A stretch of DNA of 64,000 nt from an uncultured Acidobacteriota bacterium (GCA_963770895.1 CAVYRF010000002.1:3136001-3200000); one strand, 5' to 3'. Counted from the first letter of the stretch, positions 28,093-37,882 are shown. Notes: generated by a model from the letters alone, not told the origin. Made by a program: numbers and translations.

Positions 28093-31000
28093 ATGGCGGA
28101 TTGCAGGGCTGGCGGCAGCTTGAGGTTGATCCTTGCGCTCGGGATGGGGGTGGCTTTCTGGGGCTGGGCGGGACGGCCGGCGGTTGCGGCGGGCGACGCG
28201 TTGAGGGGGATCGACGAGACGGATCGGGTGGTGCTGCGCGGCAGCGTTCATCCCCTGGTGCGATCCGCGATCGACCTGGGCCGCACGCCGGCGGGCCTGC
28301 CGATGCAGCGCATGGTGCTTTCGCTGGGGCTGGGGCCGGGGGGGCGGGCGGATCTCGATCGGCTGCTCGCCGGCCAGGGCGATCCCAAGTCGCCGCTCTA
28401 TCATCAGTGGCTGTCGCCGCGGGCGTTCGGGGCGCGTTTCGGGATTGCCGAGGAAGATCTACAGCGGGTGGTCGCGTGGCTGGGCAGCCACGGCTTCACC
28501 ATCGATCAGGTCGCGCGGGGGCGCGGCTGGATCGACTTCAGCGGCACCGCCGGCCAGGTGGAACAGGCGTTCGCCACCGAAATGCACAATTACCAGGTGG
28601 CGGGGGAGCTGCACCATGCCAACGCCGTCGCCGCGTCGATTCCGCGCGCCCTGGCGAGTGTCGTCAACGGGGTGGTTTCGCTGCACGACTTTCGCTTGCA
28701 GGCCGCGCACCGCCGCGGCGCGCCGGTGCGCCGGTCGGGCCGGGCAGGGGCGTCGCCGCAGGCTACCTACGGCGGCGGCACCAACTACCTGGCGCCGGCC
28801 GATTTCGCCACCATCTATAACGTCGGCCCCCTCTACGACGCCGGCGTGGACGGCACTGGCCAGGCGATCGCCATCGTCGGGCGCACCGACATCGTGCTGA
28901 GCGACGTCGAGGTGTTCCGGCGCTCGTTCGGCCTGTCGCCGAACGACCCGATCGTCATCCACAACGGCCCGCCGCCGGGCGACCTGGGCGGCGACGAGGA
29001 GCTCGAGGCCGACCTCGATACAGAGTGGTCGGGCGCCGTGGCGCCGCAGGCCACCATTTTCTTCGTCGTCTCCGCTTCGACGGCCGCCACCGACGGCGTG
29101 TACCTTTCGGCGCAGTACATCGTGGACAACGACCTGGCGCCGGTCATGAGCACCAGCTTCGGGGAGTGCGAGTCGGCGATGGGCAGCGCCAACCTGGCGT
29201 TCGTCGGCGGCCTCTGGGCCCAGGCGGCGACGCAAGGGATCACGGCGCTGGTGTCGTCGGGCGACGCGGGGGCCGCGGGCTGCAACGGGGGCGGCGACTG
29301 GACCGGCTCGGGTCTGGCGGTTTCCGGTCTGTGCTCGACGCCCAACGATGTCTGCGTGGGGGGTACGGAGTTCGTCGACACGGCCAATCCGGCGCTCTAC
29401 TGGTCGCCGACCTCCGACCCGGTGACCCAGGCTTCGGCGTTGTCCTACATCCCGGAGATGGTGTGGAACGAGTCCGGCGCCAACGACGGTGCCTACCTGT
29501 GGTCGAGCGGCGGCGGCGCCAGCAGCGTCTATGCGAAGCCCTACTGGCAGGTGGCACCCGGAGTGCCGTCCGACGGCGTTCGTGACATCCCGGACGTCGC
29601 GCTCAGCGCCGCGCTCCACGACGGCTATCTGATCGAGCAGGGCGGCGACCTCAACTACGTGGGCGGCACCTCGGCCGCCTCGCCGTCGTTCGCCGGCCTG
29701 ATCGCGCTCGTCGTGCAGCAGACCGGTGCGCGCCAGGGCAACGCCAACACCTCGCTCTACCCGATCGCCGCCAACCAGTTCCATGGCAGTGGGGCGGCAG
29801 CCTTCCACGACATTACCGTCGGCAACAACAGCGTCCCCGGGGTGACCGGGTACGCCAGCGGCCTCGGCTACGATCAGGCGACCGGCTTGGGCTCGGTGGA
29901 CGCCGCCGCGCTGCTCGCCGCCTGGGGTGGCGCGGCGGAATGCCACGCGCCGCCGGTGTCCACCGCGCTTGCCGCCAGCGCCCATGGGGCGGCGGGCTTC
30001 ACCTTGACGTGGGACGCTTCGCCGGGAGCGACGCAGTACCTGGTCCTGCGCGCCAGCGCCGCCGGCGGTCCCTATTCGCTGGCCGGCCTGACAGCCGACA
30101 CCACGTGGGTCGACTCCGGCCTGGCCTGCGGCATCACCTACTACTACGCGGTGGTCGCCGGCAACGGCACCTGCCTGTCGGCTCGCTCGGCCCCGCTCGC
30201 GGCGGCCACCGGTGCCTGCGGCTCCAGCTGCACCACGCTGTACAGCGCGAACTTCGAAAGCGGCTCGGGTCTGTTCGACTGGACGGCCGGGGGCGCCGAT
30301 TGGCGTGGCATCCAGGCCTGTCCTGCTCACAGCGGCAGCCACGTCTTTCGCTTCGGCGGCGCGACCTGCTCGGACGACTACGCCAACAACGACTACTCCA
30401 TGGCGCAGCCGCAGGGCGCGACCGGCATCATCGTGCCAGCGGGGACCGTTCACACCAGGCTGTCCTTCTGGCACGCTTACGATTTCGAGACCGGATATGA
30501 CGGCGGCACACTGATGGCGACGCTGAACCTGGCCGCCTTTTCCTCCGGGCGATTCTTCTACGTGCCTTCGAGCGCCATCCTGTCCGGCGCTTCCTACAAC
30601 GGCAGGACCGCCAGCGACTGCGTGTCGCCGCTGCTCGCGGGCGTGCCGGTTTTCACCGGCACCCAGAGCAGCTTCGTCAATACGATCGTCGATCTCGACT
30701 CAATGTGCGACTCCCTGCTCGGTGTCACGAGCGGCTGCGCGGGGCTGCCGCTCCAGATCGCTTTCACCGCCATCAGCGATTGCACCAACGGCGGCACCGG
30801 TTGGTCGCTCGACGACGTCGCGGTCACCACCTGCCAGGCGCCGATGCAGTTCTACACCGTGACTCCCTGCCGGGTGATCGACACCCGGAAGGGAACCGCC
30901 CTGGCCGGCAACTCCACCACCAACTTGACCCTCGCCGACATTTGCGGCGTTCCCATCACCGCCAAGGCGATCTCCGCCAACGTCACCGTCGTCGCGCCGC

Positions 31001-31218
31001 AATACAACGGCTTCCTCACCATCTATCCAGGCAGCTCGCCGACCCAGCCCGGCACCAGCACGCTCAACTTCCGCGCCGGTCAGGTGCTGGCCAACAACGC
31101 CATGCTGCTCCTCGGCGGCGGCAACTACTATTCCGGCGGCGGCACGATCAACGTCTATGTCGACATGCCTGGCGGCGTGACCGACCTGCTCATCGACGTC
31201 AACGGCTACTACCAATAG
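28093..31218 (+). CDS. secreted S53 (sedolisin/kumamolisin) peptidase with pro-domain, FN3-like repeat and C-terminal accessory domains
   Basis: Signal peptide; pro-kumamolisin region (YHQWLSP..FG.RFG); EADLD, SSGDAG, PDVA, GGTSAASP, GYDQATGLGS; GGAGGA RBS. Confidence 0.92.
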   Translation: MADCRAGGSLRLILALGMGVAFWGWAGRPAVAAGDALRGIDETDRVVLRGSVHPLVRSAIDLGRTPAGLPMQRMVLSLGLGPGGRADLDRLLAGQGDPKSPLYHQWLSPRAFGARFGIAEEDLQRVVAWLGSHGFTIDQVARGRGWIDFSGTAGQVEQAFATEMHNYQVAGELHHANAVAASIPRALASVVNGVVSLHDFRLQAAHRRGAPVRRSGRAGASPQATYGGGTNYLAPADFATIYNVGPLYDAGVDGTGQAIAIVGRTDIVLSDVEVFRRSFGLSPNDPIVIHNGPPPGDLGGDEELEADLDTEWSGAVAPQATIFFVVSASTAATDGVYLSAQYIVDNDLAPVMSTSFGECESAMGSANLAFVGGLWAQAATQGITALVSSGDAGAAGCNGGGDWTGSGLAVSGLCSTPNDVCVGGTEFVDTANPALYWSPTSDPVTQASALSYIPEMVWNESGANDGAYLWSSGGGASSVYAKPYWQVAPGVPSDGVRDIPDVALSAALHDGYLIEQGGDLNYVGGTSAASPSFAGLIALVVQQTGARQGNANTSLYPIAANQFHGSGAAAFHDITVGNNSVPGVTGYASGLGYDQATGLGSVDAAALLAAWGGAAECHAPPVSTALAASAHGAAGFTLTWDASPGATQYLVLRASAAGGPYSLAGLTADTTWVDSGLACGITYYYAVVAGNGTCLSARSAPLAAATGACGSSCTTLYSANFESGSGLFDWTAGGADWRGIQACPAHSGSHVFRFGGATCSDDYANNDYSMAQPQGATGIIVPAGTVHTRLSFWHAYDFETGYDGGTLMATLNLAAFSSGRFFYVPSSAILSGASYNGRTASDCVSPLLAGVPVFTGTQSSFVNTIVDLDSMCDSLLGVTSGCAGLPLQIAFTAISDCTNGGTGWSLDDVAVTTCQAPMQFYTVTPCRVIDTRKGTALAGNSTTNLTLADICGVPITAKAISANVTVVAPQYNGFLTIYPGSSPTQPGTSTLNFRAGQVLANNAMLLLGGGNYYSGGGTINVYVDMPGGVTDLLIDVNGYYQ

Positions 31219-31359
31219 CGCGCCCGCGGCGCGATGCCTCGGGGCCGTGGGTAGCGGGGTTTTGGGTGGCGCCAGGAGCCCCGCCGTGGCTCGAGGCGCC
31301 AAGAGCCGGCCGCGGCTCCTTCCGGGCGGGTGTGACTTGCGGTCGGCTCGGCTATCCTA

Positions 31360-31965
31360 GTGCCCGTGGCCGACCGGTACCTGGTCAACGAGATCTTCTA
31401 CAGCCTCCAGGGGGAGGGGGTGCGCGCCGGCACGCCCAATCTTTTTGTGCGGCTGTCGCGCTGCAACCAGACCTGCCGGGTAGAAACGCACGGCTTCGAT
31501 TGCGACACGGAGTTCGAATCGGGACGATGGATGAGTGGGCCAGAAATCGTCCTGGAAGCGCGCCAGCTGTCGGGCACCTGCGCCTGGCTGATCCTGACGG
31601 GCGGCGAGCCCGCTCTGCAGATCGATGGTGAGCTGATCGAAACGCTGCACGCGGCGGGCTTTCTCCTCGCCATCGAAACCAACGGCAGCGTCGCGCTCCC
31701 CGCCGGCATCGACTGGATCACCGTCAGTCCCAAGGTCGCCGAGCACGCCGTCCGCCAGCGCATCGCACACGAGGTGAAGTACGTGCGCGGCCACGGGCAG
31801 GCAGTGCCGCGCACGGTGGTGACCGCCGACCACTACCTGCTGTCGCCCGCTTTCGACGGCGACCACATGGACGACCGTGCTCTCGCCTGGTGCATCCGCC
31901 TGTGCAAGGACAATCCCCCCTGGCGCCTGTCCGTCCAGCAGCACAAGCTGTGGCGCGTGCGCTAG
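31360..31965 (+). CDS. queE: 7-carboxy-7-deazaguanine synthase (radical SAM)
   Basis: EIFYSLQGEG..AG.P..FVRL..C, CDT, LTGGEP.LQ, IETNG, VSPK, WRLSVQQHK. Confidence 0.92.
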   Translation: MPVADRYLVNEIFYSLQGEGVRAGTPNLFVRLSRCNQTCRVETHGFDCDTEFESGRWMSGPEIVLEARQLSGTCAWLILTGGEPALQIDGELIETLHAAGFLLAIETNGSVALPAGIDWITVSPKVAEHAVRQRIAHEVKYVRGHGQAVPRTVVTADHYLLSPAFDGDHMDDRALAWCIRLCKDNPPWRLSVQQHKLWRVR

Positions 31966-32173
31966 TGGCCCGAGTCGGGCGGGCCACTCGTGACCCGAGT
32001 CAGCAGTTCGCAGCGTACGTCGCCGAGGCATCCGCGCTCCTGTCAGGCGCGCCGCCGTAGGCTGAATCGTCGAAGCCGCGTGCAGCTGCGACAGGTCGAC
32101 GCCCTGTCCTGAAGATGGCGCGCAGCGGCTACAATGCGGTGATCTGGATGGCCACCGTTTTTCCGCGGGAGGC

Positions 32174-33652
32174 GTGATGACGGCGAAGCGTGGTGCGGGG
32201 CAGGGGAGTGAGCGCGTGTCGCCCGCCGCTGACGCGGGCTTGGCGCTGCGTGATGGAGCTGGTTTGCCGCCGGCGGCGCCGGTGCCGCTGGCGTGCATCC
32301 TGCTGGCGGCCGCCGTTGCGGCTTTGGGTGGTCTGAAACCGGCGGCGGCGCAGTCCGTGGCTGAGCCGGCGCCGGTGGTTGCCAAGGCGGCGACGCAGGC
32401 GCCAGCCTGGGAGCCGCCGTCCGCGGCGCTGATCGAGCGGGCGCGGACGTTGCTTCGCCAGACGCCGGTCATCGATGGGCACAACGACCTGCCTTGGGAG
32501 CTGCGCCAGCGGTTCCACGACCAGCTGGGCAAGATCGATCTACGGCGGGACGCCAGCGGCTTGCAGCCGCCGCTGCAGACCGATATCCAGCGGTTGCGGC
32601 GTGGCGGTGTGGGCGGCCAGTTCTGGTCGGTGTACGTGCCGGTCGAACTGACGGGAGCGGCGGCGGTGCAGGCGGTGTTCGAGCAGATCGACGTGGTGCA
32701 CCGCCTGGCCGAGCTGTATCCGGACACCTTCGAGCTGGCCTGGACCGCCGGCGACGTGGTGCGGGTTCAGCGCGCGGGGCGGATCGCGTCGCTGATCGGG
32801 GTCGAGGGCGGCCATTCGATCGGCAATTCGCTCGGCGTCTTGCGCGAGCTGTACAGGGCCGGCGCGCGCTACATGACGCTGACCCATGAGCGCAACACGG
32901 ATTGGGCCGATTCGGCGACCAACGAGCCGCATCATGACGGGCTGACGCGCTTCGGCCGCGAGGTGGTTGCCGAGATGAACCGGCTCGGCATGCTGGTGGA
33001 CCTGTCGCACGTGGGTCCGGCAACCATGCGCGCGGCGATCGCGGTTTCGGCGGCGCCGGTGATCTTTTCCCACTCTTCGACGCGCGCCCTGGACGGCCAT
33101 CCCCGCAACGTGCCGGACGACGTGCTGGCGTCCCTGGCGCAGAAGGACGGCGTGGTGATGGTCACCTTCGTCGGCGTGTTCACCTCCGAGGCAACCCGCG
33201 CCTACGCCGCGCAGCACAGCGGCGAAGAGGCACGGCTCAAGGCTCTCTATCCCGAAGATCCGGCGCGCGTCCAGCGGGAGCTCGCCGCGTGGAGCGCCGC
33301 GCATCCCGGGCCGCATGCCACGCTGGCCCAGGTTGCCGACCACATCGATCACGTCCGCAAGCTGGCAGGCATCGACCACATCGGCCTGGGCTCGGACTTT
33401 GACGGCACCACGTCGCTACCCGACGACCTGCGCGACGTGGCGCAGTACCCCGTTCTGCTGGCGGAGCTGCTGCGCCGCGGCTACTCCGACGAAGACGTCC
33501 AAAAGGTGGCCGGCGCCAACATCCTGCGGGTCCTCCGCCAGGCGGAAATCGTCGCGGCTCGCCTTCGCCAGCAACGCCCGCCGTCCGACGCCCGCATCGA
33601 AGACCTGGACGCCGCCCCGGCCGCACCGCCCGCCACCGGTCGACATCGCTAG
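32174..33652 (+). CDS. membrane dipeptidase (peptidase M19)
   Basis: [30 protein letters not shown]; start uncertain. Confidence 0.93.
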   Translation: MMTAKRGAGQGSERVSPAADAGLALRDGAGLPPAAPVPLACILLAAAVAALGGLKPAAAQSVAEPAPVVAKAATQAPAWEPPSAALIERARTLLRQTPVIDGHNDLPWELRQRFHDQLGKIDLRRDASGLQPPLQTDIQRLRRGGVGGQFWSVYVPVELTGAAAVQAVFEQIDVVHRLAELYPDTFELAWTAGDVVRVQRAGRIASLIGVEGGHSIGNSLGVLRELYRAGARYMTLTHERNTDWADSATNEPHHDGLTRFGREVVAEMNRLGMLVDLSHVGPATMRAAIAVSAAPVIFSHSSTRALDGHPRNVPDDVLASLAQKDGVVMVTFVGVFTSEATRAYAAQHSGEEARLKALYPEDPARVQRELAAWSAAHPGPHATLAQVADHIDHVRKLAGIDHIGLGSDFDGTTSLPDDLRDVAQYPVLLAELLRRGYSDEDVQKVAGANILRVLRQAEIVAARLRQQRPPSDARIEDLDAAPAAPPATGRHR

Positions 33653-33735
33653 GCTGGCTGCTTCCTGCACACTCGTTGGCCGCAGGGAACCGGCCATTTC
33701 CGGTTCCGCGGCACGGTCGTGTGAAATGGGAGCAG

Positions 33736-35271
33736 CTAGCTGCAGGCGCCGCCGAGATGGGCGGCGAGGGCGGCGCAGGCGTCGATCTGGTCGATGGGAG
33801 TGGGGGGGCGGCTGCCGCCTGTGGTGGAGGCGACGGCCGTGTGGGAGGCGGTGGGAGTTGCGGAGGCGGCGGGTATGGGATGCCCGGTGCGGTGAAAGAG
33901 GGCGGCGATCTGACTGGCCGTCAGGCTGGGGGTGCGCTGCAGCAGCAGGGCGACGACGCCGGAAACCTGGGCGGCGGCAAAGGAGCTGCCCGAAAAGAAG
34001 TCGTAGTGACCGTGCGGCACGGTGGTCAGGATGTCGACGCCGGGAGCCGCCAGCGTGCCGGCGGCCAGGCGGCGGGCGGGGAAGCGCAGGCCGCCCTGCA
34101 GGTCGTCGCTGCCGGCGACGGCCAGGACGCCGGGCTCCGAGGCTGGAAACGAGCGCTCGACGTCCGGACCGTCGGCGGCCACCACGACGATGCCGCGCCG
34201 CAGGGCGGCGGCGATCAGCTTGGCCAGCAGCGGATCGGGCGGCCCGGCCAGGCTGAAGTTGAGCACCTGTGCCCCCTGCAGGATGGCGAAGTCGACGGCT
34301 TTGGCCAAGGTATAGCTGTCGCAGACCGCTTCGCGCGCACCGGGCCGCTCCTGCCAGCAGGCCTTGAGCGCAAAGACCTGGGCGTCCGGCGCCACCCCGA
34401 CCAGGCCGATCTCGGAATTGAGGGCGGCGGCGATCACCCCGGCGACGGCGGTGCCGTGGATGTCGCTGTTGAATTCGAGGTCGCGATGGCCGGGGCGGTC
34501 GACGAAATCGCCGACCTTGGCGATCCGGCCGCGCAGATCGGGATGGTCGACGTCCATGCCGGTGTCGATGACCGCCACGCGGACGCCCTTGCCGGTCGCC
34601 CAATGGTGGGCCTGCGCCAGGCGCAGGGCCTGGGCGCTGTGCTGAAGCGGCACCGGAGTGGAGGTGAAATGCGCATCCTGGGTGGAGAAGCGCTGAACCG
34701 GTTGCGCCAGCTCGACGCGCGGGTCGGCGGCCAGCCGGCGCAGCAAGCTGCTGACCGAACGATCGCCGGACGAGGCCTCGAAGACGATGCAGCGCTCGCC
34801 CACCGATTGCATCGACCAGGCAAAGACGGTGCGCAGCCGGTAGGTGCGCTCCAGGTCGAGAGTGACCTGGTTCCAGATCGGCGGCGGCGCCGGCGCCAGG
34901 GTGACCATGACCCGCGGAAGGCCCTGGTCAGGCGCCGGGTCGTCCTGGACCTGTCCGTTCGGAGGCCGTCCACCGGCGCCACCGGCGCCGGCGGGCAGCG
35001 TGGCCGGAGATGCTGTGTCCAGCCGGTCGCTGGCCTGCGTGGCGCCGGCTGTGGGCACGGCGGTGGCGGTGGCGGCCGTGCCGAGAGTGCCGGCGGCCGC
35101 CGGGTTGGTCACGGCCGCCGGGTTGACCGGGTCGACCGCGGTCGCCGCTTTTCCGGCGGGACCGGCGGTGGTCATGCAGCCCAGCCAGATCGAGCACAGA
35201 AAAGCCGCCAGGGCGCCGGCAAGCAGCGCCCTGTGGCGGTCAGGGCGGGCAGGCTGGGTAGTGTGGGTCAT
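33736..35271 (-). CDS. S8 family (subtilisin-like) serine peptidase, probable lipoprotein
   Basis: VAVIDTG, HGTAVAGVI, LAAPG, SGSSFAAAQVSG triad; lipobox-like WLGC; pro-domain. Confidence 0.9.
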   Translation of the reverse strand: MTHTTQPARPDRHRALLAGALAAFLCSIWLGCMTTAGPAGKAATAVDPVNPAAVTNPAAAGTLGTAATATAVPTAGATQASDRLDTASPATLPAGAGGAGGRPPNGQVQDDPAPDQGLPRVMVTLAPAPPPIWNQVTLDLERTYRLRTVFAWSMQSVGERCIVFEASSGDRSVSSLLRRLAADPRVELAQPVQRFSTQDAHFTSTPVPLQHSAQALRLAQAHHWATGKGVRVAVIDTGMDVDHPDLRGRIAKVGDFVDRPGHRDLEFNSDIHGTAVAGVIAAALNSEIGLVGVAPDAQVFALKACWQERPGAREAVCDSYTLAKAVDFAILQGAQVLNFSLAGPPDPLLAKLIAAALRRGIVVVAADGPDVERSFPASEPGVLAVAGSDDLQGGLRFPARRLAAGTLAAPGVDILTTVPHGHYDFFSGSSFAAAQVSGVVALLLQRTPSLTASQIAALFHRTGHPIPAASATPTASHTAVASTTGGSRPPTPIDQIDACAALAAHLGGACS

Positions 35272-35307
35272 GGTTGCCCTGCTTGGCGCGATGCCTTGGC
35301 GCCGTGC

Positions 35308-36645
35308 CTACGGATCTCCGCTTGGCGCCGCTCCAGCGGTCGCCCCGGCGACCGCCCCGCCGATCGGTTCTGCAGCTGCCCCGGCAATCGGTTCGGCGAA
35401 GCGCACGACCGGCTGCGCGTGCAGGAAAGCCAGGACGCATCCCAGGGTATCGCCCGGTCCCGCTGATTCCGCCGCTCCCGGCGCCCCCGTCGTTCCCAAC
35501 GACCCCAACGTTCCCGTCGATCCCATCGTGGGCACCTGTCCAGCGCCGCGAGGGGCGCGGCTGCCGGGGCTTGCGGAAGACGGAGCGGCGGCAACCTCCA
35601 GCGTATAGGTGCCGAGAGGCGACGGCCCGTCGGTCAACCGCCCGCGCACTTGCAGCAGTACGTCGCGGATCTGCCTTTCGGTCGCCGTTTCAGAGAATAC
35701 CACTCGAATCTGCTGCCGCGGTACCGTCGAAGCCGAGGATGCCGCCGCCGCGGGTGCCGAAAGGGTATGGAACAGCGGCTGCCGACCGGTGGCGGAGGCC
35801 TGCTGGGTGGCTGCGGCGGGCGTACCGGCTGCGGGCCGGCCTTCTCCGGGAGCTCCGGGGGTTCCAGGGACTCCGGATTTGCCGGGCAGCCGCAGCACCA
35901 GCGCCACGCCGAGCAGCAGCATCGCCGCCAGCTGGCCGACCAGGACCATGCGCACGGCGCGCGGTGTGGCCGCAAGCTGCGCCCGCCGCCACGCCGGACC
36001 GCGACGCACACGAGCCGCGCCGAAGGATTGGGAGGGGTCGGGGTCGGCCATGGGGTCCACATAGCCGTGCATGAAGTCGGCGCCGGTGCCGTCGTCGGCT
36101 GCCGCGGCGCCGAGCAGAGCCGGACGCGAACCCCGCGCCCGGCGTGAGGCACCGGCGGCAGGTGCGGTCGCGTAGGCCCCTTGCTCGCTCGCCTCGATGC
36201 GGGCCATCAGCCGCGCCAGCTGAATGGGATGCGGTGACGGCGCGTGATCCGGCTCGGCGCGCAGGGCGGCGCCGAAGCTCTGGCAGTGTTCCAGCTCGGC
36301 GCGGCAGCGTGCGCAGGCGCCGAGGTGCTCTTCGACGTCGCGCCGTTCGGCGGCTGCCAGCGAGCCGTTGGCATACCAGGGCAGCAGCAGCCAGACGCTG
36401 TCGTGCCGGTTTGGGTCGGTGTGGCTCGGATCGTTCATTGCGGCTCCTTCGACACGGTTGCCGTCATCTCCGCCTGCCCTGCGTACTGTGCCGTCGCCGG
36501 CGTTGCCAGGGTCGCCGGCGTTGGGGACGTCGCCGCGGATGCCTGCATCGCCGCCGTGGCTGCCGTCGCCGGCATTGCCGGCGTTGCCGGCATTACTGGC
36601 GTTGCCGCGGGCGGAGATGCCGTGCGGATCGGATTCATCCCACAT
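35308..36645 (-). CDS. zinc-binding (ZAS/zf-HC2) anti-sigma factor with TM helix and extracytoplasmic domain
   Basis: LLPWYANGSL..VEEHLGACARC (HxxxCxxC); TM LAAMLLLGVALVL; directly downstream of the ECF sigma; alternative start at 36438. Confidence 0.85.
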   Translation of the reverse strand: MWDESDPHGISARGNASNAGNAGNAGDGSHGGDAGIRGDVPNAGDPGNAGDGTVRRAGGDDGNRVEGAAMNDPSHTDPNRHDSVWLLLPWYANGSLAAAERRDVEEHLGACARCRAELEHCQSFGAALRAEPDHAPSPHPIQLARLMARIEASEQGAYATAPAAGASRRARGSRPALLGAAAADDGTGADFMHGYVDPMADPDPSQSFGAARVRRGPAWRRAQLAATPRAVRMVLVGQLAAMLLLGVALVLRLPGKSGVPGTPGAPGEGRPAAGTPAAATQQASATGRQPLFHTLSAPAAAASSASTVPRQQIRVVFSETATERQIRDVLLQVRGRLTDGPSPLGTYTLEVAAAPSSASPGSRAPRGAGQVPTMGSTGTLGSLGTTGAPGAAESAGPGDTLGCVLAFLHAQPVVRFAEPIAGAAAEPIGGAVAGATAGAAPSGDP

Positions 36646-37201
36646 GGCTGGACACGCCCATTTCGGGCAGCAGGTCGCGCAGCCGGCGCCGGGCGTGGAA
36701 CATGCGGGTCTTCACCGTGTTGACCGGGCACGCCATGATCTGAGCGATCTCCTGGTATGCCAGGCCGTAGTAATAGGTCAGCTCGACGACCGAACGCTGC
36801 TCGGGTGAAAGCGCGAGCAGCGCCCGGCCGAGTGTCGCCGCCAGCTCGCGGCGCACCAGCAACGTTTCGGGTTCATCGCTGTCGATGGGCTCGTTGACCG
36901 CGTTTTCGCGGTCTCCCGGCTGCTCGGGAGGCCGCCGCTGCCCCAGCGCCTTCATCGCCTTGTGGTAGGCGATGCCGAAGATCCAGGTCGAAGGCTGCGA
37001 CCTGCCGTCAAACGTCGCGGCCTTGGTCCAGATCACCAGCATCACGTCATTGAGCACTTCTTCGACCATTTCGGCGCGTCGCGTCAGCTTGAACAGGTAG
37101 GAGAAGAGCCGGCGGTAGTAGAGCGAGTAGAGCGCTTCGAAGGCCCGCCGGTCTTTCTGGGCGATCTGCCGCAGCAGAACGAGATCGTCATCGCGTCGCA
37201 T
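36635..37201 (-). CDS. ECF-subfamily RNA polymerase sigma factor
   Basis: AFEALY..Y, STWIFGIAYHK (region 2), LSPEQR..YQEIAQIM.CPVNTVKTRMFHAR (region 4). Confidence 0.95.
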   Translation of the reverse strand: MRRDDDLVLLRQIAQKDRRAFEALYSLYYRRLFSYLFKLTRRAEMVEEVLNDVMLVIWTKAATFDGRSQPSTWIFGIAYHKAMKALGQRRPPEQPGDRENAVNEPIDSDEPETLLVRRELAATLGRALLALSPEQRSVVELTYYYGLAYQEIAQIMACPVNTVKTRMFHARRRLRDLLPEMGVSSHVG

Positions 37202-37209
37202 GGTTGCCC

Positions 37210-37239
37210 GTATGTGCCGCCCCGGCGCGCGAAGGTTCA
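37210..37239 (-). promoter_or_regulatory. putative ECF promoter TGAACC-N17-CACATAC driving the sigma gene
   Basis: GAAC-type -35; -10 ends 8 nt before the sigma ATG; mirrored by a matching motif on the + strand. Confidence 0.6.
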
Positions 37240-37264
37240 AGTGTCGCGCCCCACGGTGCCGGCA

Positions 37265-37294
37265 TGAACCTTCCGCGCCGGCGACCGGACAGAC
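37265..37294 (+). promoter_or_regulatory. putative ECF promoter TGAACC-N17-GACAGAC driving the cupredoxin unit
   Basis: Same -35, spacer length and -10 pattern as the 37210-37239 minus-strand motif. Confidence 0.6.
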
Positions 37295-37391
37295 CGGCGA
37301 CTTCGATCGTTGGACCGGCAGTCCGGCCGCCAGCCGCAGGGCGATGGGTCAGCTGCCAACCACGGACTATTTCAGAACCCGGAGGCATGCG

Positions 37392-37805
37392 ATGTTCAGA
37401 TCTCGTTGGGGATTGGTAGCGGCGGTGGCGGGGCTGCTGTTGAACGCTTGCGGTGGCAGCCACGGCGGTTCCACGCCGGCCGAGCCGGCTCCGCCGTCGA
37501 CGACCAAGACGGTGGTGATCCAGATAATGGACGACTCCTTCAGTCCCAAGGACGTGACCATCAATCCCGGCGACACCGTGCAGTGGGTGCTGACCGGTGC
37601 CACCCTGACCCACACGGTGACCGCCGACAACGGCGCGTTCGATTCGGGCTCCATTTTCACTCACCAGGGCGCCACCTATCAGCAGACCTTCAACACCGCC
37701 GGCGTCACCGTCAACTACCACTGCAAGGTCCACCAGGTCTGCTGCGGCATGCAGGGAGCCATAAAGGTCGGTTCCAACGCCCCGGCGCCGGCGCCTGGCT
37801 ACTGA
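37392..37805 (+). CDS. plastocyanin/azurin-family cupredoxin lipoprotein
   Basis: Lipobox LNAC; FSPKDVTINPGDTVQW, HTVT, YHCKVH...M.G type-1 Cu ligands; GGAGG RBS. Confidence 0.9.
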   Translation: MFRSRWGLVAAVAGLLLNACGGSHGGSTPAEPAPPSTTKTVVIQIMDDSFSPKDVTINPGDTVQWVLTGATLTHTVTADNGAFDSGSIFTHQGATYQQTFNTAGVTVNYHCKVHQVCCGMQGAIKVGSNAPAPAPGY

Positions 37806-37882
37806 CGTGAGCCTACGCGCCTCGGCGGCTGAAAAGCGAGCTGTGCCTTGCACGCAGACTACTTGACGACGGAGCTTGACCG

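Noticed and set aside
31360-31965. queE as part of a Dpd (7-deazaguanine DNA modification) defence cluster
   Set aside because: No dpdA/tgt, queC, queD or folE nearby, and it is 20 kb from the defence operon.
36490-36610. 9-bp (NAG-coding) tandem repeats at the anti-sigma N-terminus
   Set aside because: In-frame low-complexity linker, not a frameshifting phase-variation tract.
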